Positions 57,089 through 64,000 of a stretch of DNA of 64,000 nucleotides are shown here, in pieces. Source of the DNA: Candidatus Delongbacteria bacterium (GTDB taxonomy: Bacteria; CAIWAD01). Below the pieces are notes generated by a model that was not told the origin of the DNA, did not search any database, and saw only the letters and a list, made by a program, of their open reading frames with translations. The DNA lies in contig OY760505.1 of assembly GCA_963663545.1 (NCBI GenBank), positions 1,120,001 through 1,184,000 of the forward strand, in the 5' to 3' direction. A program made the translations under genes and the position numbers. Within the stretch, counting starts at the first letter, position 1; the number at the start of each line of letters is the position of its first letter.

Positions 57089-59380
57089 CTAGAAGGTAAA
57101 GGAGCCGAGCGCCGAGGAAATGCGCAGGGCCGATTCACCCACTTCTACGCTGGAGCGCCGTGTATCCGTGGCACTCTGCTCGCTGCGCTCAGCGACATGG
57201 ACCACTTCTTCAGTTGAAGCCGCGATCTCGTTGGCTGCAGCGGCTGCAGTGTGCAGACTGTGGCCAATCTCAACCGTGGTCGCCGACTGCTCTTCCACTG
57301 CGGCAGCGATGGTGCTCTGCACCTCGTCCACCTGCTTAATGATCACACGAATGCGCTCGACCGCGTCGGTGGCACGTAGCATATCCTCACGAATCTGCGT
57401 GATCTTGGTCGAAATTGATCCGGTCGCTTCGCCGGTATTGCCCGCCAGCTCCTTGACCTCGTTGGCCACTACGGCAAAGCCCTTGCCCGCCTCTCCGGCG
57501 CGCGCGGCCTCGATGGTAGCGTTCAGGGCCAGCAGGTTGGTTTGCTCGGCAATCTCGCTGATTACCTGCACCACGCTGCCAATCTCATCACTGCTGCGCT
57601 TGAGCTGGTCAATTGCCGCGCTGGTCTCCTGGACAATGCCCACGGCTTCACGCGCAATGCCCGCACCCCTTGCTGCGTTCTCGGAAACCTCGCGAATGGA
57701 GACACCCATTTCCTCAGTTGCGCCAGCAACCGAGTGCACGCTTTCGTTCAGCGAGCGCGTCGTCTCGGCCACGCCGTTCACCTGCTGCAGCGTCTCGGCA
57801 GACTGCTCCTGCACCGTTCCCGCAATGGCATCCAGACTTCCCGCCGATTCGGTGAGGCGCGAAGTTTCCTCAGCGATCTGCAGCATCATGCCGCGAATCT
57901 GGCTGACAGCTTTTGAAATCCCCACATGAACCCGGCCAATGGCATCATCGCGTTCCGCTACCAGTTTGATGGTCAAATCACCGGCGGCAAAGCGATCCAT
58001 AGCGGCCACGAGATTGGTCGCACTCTTCTCCAGATAGCTCTGCTGCTCCGTCATCTCATTCATGTTCTTCTGGATGTTGGTGATCATCGCTGCGAAGGCG
58101 GTTGTGAGTTGCACAGCTTCAAAATTGCCCGTAGTGCGAATCTGGTGCAGCCGATGCTCCTGCTCCAGATCGCCATCGGCTACCTTGCGGGCTACCTCGG
58201 CCAGCTGCTCCATCGGGCGCGCGATGCGTCCACCCTGCAGACGCGAAATCACCAGGACAACGACAATCAAGGCCGCACCCAGGAGCATGGCAATGATCAG
58301 CAAATGATCAATGGAATCATGAGCAATGGTCGCCGCCTGCACGAAATCCTCGCTGTAGCCGACCGTGACAATCACCCAGTCCCAGGCTTCGAAATACGTG
58401 GCCGAAATCAAACGCTTGGACATGGCGCCTTGCGGCGTCACTTCCATAGAAATAGCGGTACCTGCATCTTCAGCTATAGCACGCTCGATTACCTGCGCGT
58501 AGTACGCCTGACCTGACGTGTCCTTCTCGCCCAGCAGGTCTTCGCCATCGAGCTTGTTATCGGTGGAAATCAGGCACTTGCCCTTCTGGTCACCGCTACC
58601 GCCAAGCACCAGTACCGTGCCGCGTTCGCCGACACGGGTCTCGTTGATGGCCGTTCGCAATGAGGCCACGGCTTCGTGCGGCACACCCACGTACAGGATG
58701 CCCGATACTTCGCCATTGGTGTACATGGGCTCGTAAACCGTAGCGTACCAACGATTCACGACAAAAGCGCGACCGCGATAGGTGCGACCAGCCAGCACTT
58801 CGCTGACAACGGGATTTGGCTTGCCGTCAGGGTTGACGGCGGGAATGTAGGTTCCCGTAGCGCGAGTGCCGTCGAGCTTCTTGACGCTGGTGGCCACGCG
58901 CAGCATGTCGCCCTCTTCGTTCATGCGCTGAAAGACCGTCACCGTGCCGCCAACCAGCTCGGTAACCAAGTCGACGAACTCGGAGCGCTCGTCAAAGCTC
59001 TTACTCAGGCTTACCGGCTCGCCGCCTACAACCAAGGTCGGTAGCGCTAGCTGCGTCTCGGTATTGGTGTATTGGTTGATAGCATTCCAGTTGAGGGTGC
59101 TGTTGGCGGAGCGGAGCGCACCGCCGTTCTCCTCCAACAGGTGGCTCGCAACCTGCAGGTTGCTCTCCACCTGCATCTCGACCAACGAAGCCGCCGTGTT
59201 GGTAAGTCCCCATACGTCTCTGCAGGTCTGGCGGACGAATTCCGTCGCCGTGGACCGGGCTGCGCTGTCTACTTTCTCTTCGACGCCCTTGGAGCCCAGG
59301 TTGAAAACGATCAGCAGACAGAAGGCAGGTACCAATCCTGCGCTCAGTGCGAGAACCATGATTTTGTTGCTTAACCGCAT
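57089..59380 (-). CDS. Methyl-accepting chemotaxis protein (Cache_3-Cache_2-type sensor, HAMP)
   Basis: GGTVTVFQR...MLRVAT...RATGTYIP, and [37 protein letters not shown]. Confidence 0.96.
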   Translation of the reverse strand: MRLSNKIMVLALSAGLVPAFCLLIVFNLGSKGVEEKVDSAARSTATEFVRQTCRDVWGLTNTAASLVEMQVESNLQVASHLLEENGGALRSANSTLNWNAINQYTNTETQLALPTLVVGGEPVSLSKSFDERSEFVDLVTELVGGTVTVFQRMNEEGDMLRVATSVKKLDGTRATGTYIPAVNPDGKPNPVVSEVLAGRTYRGRAFVVNRWYATVYEPMYTNGEVSGILYVGVPHEAVASLRTAINETRVGERGTVLVLGGSGDQKGKCLISTDNKLDGEDLLGEKDTSGQAYYAQVIERAIAEDAGTAISMEVTPQGAMSKRLISATYFEAWDWVIVTVGYSEDFVQAATIAHDSIDHLLIIAMLLGAALIVVVLVISRLQGGRIARPMEQLAEVARKVADGDLEQEHRLHQIRTTGNFEAVQLTTAFAAMITNIQKNMNEMTEQQSYLEKSATNLVAAMDRFAAGDLTIKLVAERDDAIGRVHVGISKAVSQIRGMMLQIAEETSRLTESAGSLDAIAGTVQEQSAETLQQVNGVAETTRSLNESVHSVAGATEEMGVSIREVSENAARGAGIAREAVGIVQETSAAIDQLKRSSDEIGSVVQVISEIAEQTNLLALNATIEAARAGEAGKGFAVVANEVKELAGNTGEATGSISTKITQIREDMLRATDAVERIRVIIKQVDEVQSTIAAAVEEQSATTVEIGHSLHTAAAAANEIAASTEEVVHVAERSEQSATDTRRSSVEVGESALRISSALGSFTF

Positions 59381-59505
59381 GTATTCCTCCACGAACTATG
59401 ATCTCACCGAAACCTATCGGTATTTCTCATTGTGATCCAAAGGCCCCCGCGAGTTTTCTTACATTGGCGCCTCGTTTTCGCCTTCGACCGAGTTAAGGAG
59501 TCCGC

Positions 59506-61413
59506 ATGAGCAAGTTCTACCTCACCACGCCGATCTATTACGTCAACTCCGACCTGCATCTGGGCCACGCCTACACCACTGTGCTGGCGGACGTGTTCAC
59601 CCGCTATCACCGGCTGATGGGCGATGATTGTTTCATGATGACGGGCGTAGACGAGCACGGCCAGAAAGTGCTGGAAGCCGCCAACAAGCTGGGCACGGAC
59701 CCCCAGGCACACTGCGACGAAATGGCCGCACGCTTCAAGGATCTCTGGGTCAAGCTGAACATTCGCTACGAACATTTCATGCGGACCACGGACGCCGATC
59801 ACGTGCGCAACGTGAAGCACGCTCTGACCTTGCTGCACGACGCTGGCGACCTGTATTCCAATGAATACGAGGGCCTCTACTGCACGCCCTGCGAGCGCTA
59901 CTTCACCGAGAAAGACCTGGTGGACGGCAAGTGCCCGCTCTGCGATCGCGAAGTGGAAGTGCTCAAGGAACGCAACTGGTTCTTTCGCATGTCGAAGTAC
60001 CAGGACTGGCTGATCCAATACATCGAAGAGCACCCCGATTTCATCCAGCCGGCCTTCCGGCGCAATGAGGTGCTGGGCTTTCTGCAACAGCCGCTGCGGG
60101 ATCTGTGCATCAGCCGCCTGAAAGAGCGCATGAGCTGGGGCATCGAGTTGCCCTTTGACAAGGACTACGTGTGCTACGTCTGGGTGGACGCGCTGCTGAA
60201 CTACGTCACCGGAGTGGGCTGGGCCGACGACCCGCAAAAATTCCAGCAGTGGTGGCCCGCCAGCAAGCATCTGCTGGCCAAGGATATTCTGACCACCCAC
60301 TGTGTCTACTGGACCACTCTGCTGAAAGCGCTTGGTCTGCCGCTGCCGGAGAGTTTTCTGATCCACGGCTACTGGCTGATCGGCGATCGCAAGATGAGCA
60401 AATCCTTCGGCAACGTGATACGCCCCTTGGAAATGATCGACCTGGCGGGCGTGGACGCATTTCGCTTCTTCCTGATTCGTGACATGATGCCCTGGCATGA
60501 CGCCAGCTTCACGCCGGACGCCTTTGTGCGCCGCGTCAACATGGATCTGGCCAACGACCTGGGCAACATGGTCTCCCGTGTGACAACTCTGGGAGTGAAG
60601 AATTTCGCGGGCAAGCTGCCCCTTGCCTCCGGCACCCACGGCCGTCTGCGCGAGCTCAGTGAAGCTCTGCTGGGCGAATGGCAGGAGCTGGTGCGCGCCA
60701 ACAATCTGCACGGGCTGCTGGAACAGACCTTCGGTCTGCTGCGCGAGTGCAATCAGTTGATGGAGCAGATCGCGCCCTGGAAGCTGGTGCGTAGCGATCG
60801 CGATGCTGCCGGCGCCTTCCTCGCCGACGTAGCCGAGACCCTGCGCCTGGTAGCCTGTCTGCTGGAGCCGGTGATGCCCGAGCGCTGTGCGGAAATCCTG
60901 CGCCGCTTGGGTGTATCACAACAGGTCGGCCTGGCTTCGTTGAAGTGGCAACCCGAAGCCGTCGGCACGCTGGTACATGGCGATCCGGTTTTCCCGCGTA
61001 TCGAAGAGCCCAAAGCGCTGGAAGAAGCGGCGCTGAAGGCGGCTCCCCTGGCGCCTGCCAAGAAGGAGAAGAATATCGATGTGCCGGAAGCAGGCCTGAT
61101 TACCTTTGATGAGTTCGGCAAGGTCAAGCTGATCGCAGCTTGTGTCACGGCTGCGGAGCGCGTCGAGGGTGCGGATCGCTTGCTGCGCCTTCAGGTGGAT
61201 GACGGAGCAGGCGGTCGCCAGATCGTGGCGGGTGTGGCTCAGCACTACAGCCCCGAAGAGATCATCGGCAAACGCATCTGCCTGGTTTCCAACTTGGCTC
61301 CAGCCAAGATTCGCGGTGTCGAAAGCAATGGCATGTTGCTGGCGGCAAAAGCGGGCAAAGCGCTTAGCCTGGTGGATCCGGGCGAAGTGCCCCCCGGCAG
61401 CAGCATCGGATAG
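59506..61413 (+). CDS. metG: Methionine--tRNA ligase with C-terminal tRNA-binding domain
   Basis: TTPIYYVN..HLGHAY, YVWVDALLNY, KMSKS and RGVESNGMLLAA. Confidence 0.98.
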   Translation: MSKFYLTTPIYYVNSDLHLGHAYTTVLADVFTRYHRLMGDDCFMMTGVDEHGQKVLEAANKLGTDPQAHCDEMAARFKDLWVKLNIRYEHFMRTTDADHVRNVKHALTLLHDAGDLYSNEYEGLYCTPCERYFTEKDLVDGKCPLCDREVEVLKERNWFFRMSKYQDWLIQYIEEHPDFIQPAFRRNEVLGFLQQPLRDLCISRLKERMSWGIELPFDKDYVCYVWVDALLNYVTGVGWADDPQKFQQWWPASKHLLAKDILTTHCVYWTTLLKALGLPLPESFLIHGYWLIGDRKMSKSFGNVIRPLEMIDLAGVDAFRFFLIRDMMPWHDASFTPDAFVRRVNMDLANDLGNMVSRVTTLGVKNFAGKLPLASGTHGRLRELSEALLGEWQELVRANNLHGLLEQTFGLLRECNQLMEQIAPWKLVRSDRDAAGAFLADVAETLRLVACLLEPVMPERCAEILRRLGVSQQVGLASLKWQPEAVGTLVHGDPVFPRIEEPKALEEAALKAAPLAPAKKEKNIDVPEAGLITFDEFGKVKLIAACVTAAERVEGADRLLRLQVDDGAGGRQIVAGVAQHYSPEEIIGKRICLVSNLAPAKIRGVESNGMLLAAKAGKALSLVDPGEVPPGSSIG

Positions 61414-61425
61414 TTCAATCACGAT

Positions 61426-61450
61426 AAGGGGCTCCAGCGGGGCCCCTTTT
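61426..61450 (+). terminator. Intrinsic terminator after metG
   Basis: AAGGGGCTCC-AGC-GGGGCCCCTTTT. Confidence 0.75.
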
Positions 61451-61593
61451 CACTCCACACGCTTTGCGTCTCGGCGACAGAACCGGTTTACAGCCTCGCT
61501 GCGAGAGCATTATTTGCAATTATAACACCATATCTCGCTTGCGAACGCCAATTCGATTCAAGAGCACTGAAGCAAACGCCGATCACAGGCGGT

Positions 61594-64000
61594 ATGGAAA
61601 ACTATCAGCGCGAGACCCACATGACCGTAAACGACTTGCTATTGCGCACTTTCAACGCCGATCGAAACGGCCTTCTGCTGGTTCAGAAGGGCACGATCAC
61701 AGCCGCCAATCATTCGCTGTGCGATCTGACCGGCTACAGCCCCGCCGATTTGGTGGGCAAGCCCCTGGGCGAAGTGCTGAATCCCGCGCCCACATACTCG
61801 GGCGAAACGCAAACCCGGCTGAAGAACGCGGACGGCAGTCTGCGCCTGACGGTGTGCACCGTGGATCTTGACGAGGAGTCGGGCATCATCCGTTTTCCCG
61901 AGAAGGCCAGCAATCTGGGCTCCGAGGTCATGGCTGAGCGTCTAGAGACCATTCTCGACATCACGCGCCAGATGAGTTCCAGCCAGAACTGGCAGGACAG
62001 CATCGCTCATATCGCCACCGCCTGCCGGCGGCTGGTGGATGCAAACACCACCACCATCTGCCGGTTGAGCACCGAAGAAGACACCATCATTCCCATTTTC
62101 ACCGATGACGAAGAGTGGCGCGACAATCTGCTGGATTTCCGCATTCCGGTAGGTACAGGTCTGACGGGCCACGTGGTCAAGACCGGTCGACCGATGATCG
62201 TCAACGATCCGGACAATTCCGATGTGGTCGTCGCCCACGTGCCGGGTACGCCCGAAGAAGACACCGAAGTGCTGATGGCACTTCCGCTGCGTGCCGGTGA
62301 GCAGATTCTGGGAGCCATTACCACCACGCGCCCGCTCTCACGGCCCTTCGATCAAAGCGATCTTGAAATCATCAGCATTTTGGCCAGCCAGGTCTCGGGC
62401 ATTCTGGCCACTAATCAGCTATTGGAAAAGCTCTCCGAATCGGAGATCAAATACCGTACCCTGGTGAACAACGCCGACGTCGGCCTCTTTCGTCTTTCGA
62501 TGGAAGGCGAGCTGCTGGCGACCAACGATTTCTTCGTCAACCTGCTCAACCTGCCGCAAAAGCGGAATCCGGGCATTCGCGACATCTGGGGCAGCGACCG
62601 TGTTCATCAGGAATTCCTGCAGGAAGTCAAGCGCGAAGGCCAAGTGCGCAGTTTCAACTGCCGCACCATGTCCAGCGACGGGCGACTGCTGGAGCTTTCG
62701 ATCAGTAGCCGCAGTTTCGCCGATTATGGCTACATCGAAGGTGTAGTACACAACGTCACGGAACAACGGCGGCTGGAACTGGAAAACCAGAATCGTCTGA
62801 GCTTCCTCGAGAACCTGATCAGCCAGATTCCGGTGGCGCTCCTGGTGCTGGATCCAGATGGATCGCCCACGCTGTGCAACACCGCTTTCGAACGCATGTT
62901 CAAAATTGCGCGCCGCGAGTTGATGCTGGAACACGGCGACAAGAGCCTGGCCAGTCGCATGCTGCGCGAGATCAAAGCTCTGGGCAATCTATGGCGCCTC
63001 TGCCTGCGCGGCGAGAGCGGCGATGCCCAGGACGTGGTCCTGCCGCCGAGCATCTGTGACTGCAACGAGGGCGAGACGCGCGCGAGCATTCACGCCTTTC
63101 CTGTGCAGAATTCCATTGGCAATCTCACCGAAGTGGTGTTGCTCTTTGAGGATGTCAGCAGCCGCCACGCACTGCAGAACCATTTGATGCGCGTGCAAAA
63201 GCTGGAATCGGTGGGCAATCTGGCCGGTGGTCTTGCCAACGATTTCAACAACCTGCTCAATGGCATCATGGGCAATACGGCCCGCCTGCACCAGCTGGTG
63301 AAAGGCCGTGAAGATCAGGAAATGGAACTACGCGTCATCGCCGACGGCATTCGTCAAGCGAGCTTGTTGACGCAGCAATTGCTCAGCTTCGCCAGCCAGG
63401 GGCCGCAGCGCCTCGAGCGACTGCAACTCAACGCCGTCTTCGACCGCACCGTCGACCTCTTTGCAGCGCGTCTCCCCAAGAGCATTGGCCTGGACACCGA
63501 GTACGGCCAAAATCTGCCGCAGGTGATGGCCGATGCCTTGCAAGTGGAGCAGGTCTTGCTGAATCTGCTGATGAACGCCTCCGATGCACTGCTGGGACAG
63601 GAAGGCAGGATTACCGTCCGCACGCACCTGCGCACCGTGCGCGAACGAGATCTGGTGAATTCCCCCGAGTTGCGCACCGGCCACTACGTGGAATTGGAGG
63701 TGCAGGACACGGGCATGGGCATCTCGCCCGATGTACAGGACAAGATCTTCGATCCCTTCTTCACCACGCGCGCCGACCAGGGGCGCAGTGGACTTGGTCT
63801 GGCAACGGTGTATTCCATTGTCGCTTCGCATCAGGGGCACATTGAAGTTGCCAGCAAACCCTCGCTGGGAACGCGCTTCCGCATTCTCTTCCCCGTGCCC
63901 GAGGACGCCAGTTTGAGCCAGCCGCACGATGACGGCGGCAACGCGATGATCATGATCGTCGACGACGAGCAGGTGATCCGCGAGATGCTGAAGAAGATCC
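61594..64000 (+). CDS. Cytoplasmic hybrid sensor kinase (PAS-GAF-PAS-PAS-HisKA-HATPase-REC), runs off the right edge; H-box His replaced by Asn
   Basis: Hand translation: LCDLTGYSPADLVGKP (PAS), GTGLTGHVV (GAF), QKLESVGNLAGGLANDFNNLL, QVLLNLLMNASDA, DTGMGI, FDPFFTT and IMIVDDE. Confidence 0.9.
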   Translation, partial: MENYQRETHMTVNDLLLRTFNADRNGLLLVQKGTITAANHSLCDLTGYSPADLVGKPLGEVLNPAPTYSGETQTRLKNADGSLRLTVCTVDLDEESGIIRFPEKASNLGSEVMAERLETILDITRQMSSSQNWQDSIAHIATACRRLVDANTTTICRLSTEEDTIIPIFTDDEEWRDNLLDFRIPVGTGLTGHVVKTGRPMIVNDPDNSDVVVAHVPGTPEEDTEVLMALPLRAGEQILGAITTTRPLSRPFDQSDLEIISILASQVSGILATNQLLEKLSESEIKYRTLVNNADVGLFRLSMEGELLATNDFFVNLLNLPQKRNPGIRDIWGSDRVHQEFLQEVKREGQVRSFNCRTMSSDGRLLELSISSRSFADYGYIEGVVHNVTEQRRLELENQNRLSFLENLISQIPVALLVLDPDGSPTLCNTAFERMFKIARRELMLEHGDKSLASRMLREIKALGNLWRLCLRGESGDAQDVVLPPSICDCNEGETRASIHAFPVQNSIGNLTEVVLLFEDVSSRHALQNHLMRVQKLESVGNLAGGLANDFNNLLNGIMGNTARLHQLVKGREDQEMELRVIADGIRQASLLTQQLLSFASQGPQRLERLQLNAVFDRTVDLFAARLPKSIGLDTEYGQNLPQVMADALQVEQVLLNLLMNASDALLGQEGRITVRTHLRTVRERDLVNSPELRTGHYVELEVQDTGMGISPDVQDKIFDPFFTTRADQGRSGLGLATVYSIVASHQGHIEVASKPSLGTRFRILFPVPEDASLSQPHDDGGNAMIMIVDDEQVIREMLKKI

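Larger units (their letters stand above)
2953..60919. repeat. Dispersed over-represented motif (Y)GTRTCAC / GTGAYAC(R)
   Basis: About 70 copies of GTATCAC/GTGATAC counted by eye in both orientations, plus many GTGTCAC/GTGACAC copies. Confidence 0.85.

Noticed and set aside
2953..60919. The dispersed motif as parS, matS, CRP sites, Chi or KOPS
   Set aside because: No full 16-bp parS palindrome or GTGACRNYGTCAC was seen. Copies are mostly intragenic single sites and occur on both strands without strong polarity.

Overview
Bacterial chromosomal window of roughly 58-60% GC (estimated by eye). The gene content (spoVG, ricT, lolA, flagellar genes, large multiheme cytochromes) suggests a flagellated diderm, possibly from a poorly characterised FCB-like lineage; this is inference. 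From left to right: a Type III restriction-modification locus with an AbiE-type antitoxin and an internally deleted toxin between res and mod; a secreted protein with a sigma54-type promoter; tRNA-Ser(GGA); aceE-aceF-lpdA; two hemerythrins; a DarT-like orphan; a five-gene porin/multiheme-cytochrome conduit (37 and 20 CxxCH motifs, an Fe-S flavoprotein and a cytochrome b-like protein); a sensor kinase; fliD-fliS-orf-flgM; rpsF-rpsR-rplI; an unusual ECF transporter; an octaheme cytochrome c/cytochrome b fusion interrupted by an in-frame UGA with a SECIS-like hairpin; hppA; a long housekeeping run (gcvT, comB, ftsK, lolA, wzc-like, ispE, spoVG, prs, rplY, pth); envC-like, holB, ricT; an MCP; metG; and a hybrid kinase whose phosphoacceptor His is Asn. 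Four observations stand out. (1) A likely selenocysteine-containing octaheme enzyme fused to cytochrome b. (2) A dispersed 7-mer, GTRTCAC/GTGAYAC, with about 70 copies of GTATCAC/GTGATAC against about 6 expected, which biases codon choice like a DNA-uptake or chromosome-organising sequence. (3) A possible NAD(P)H-to-cell-surface electron conduit containing a recently expanded heme chain. (4) An ECF module whose two ATPase genes carry complementary halves of one ATP site.
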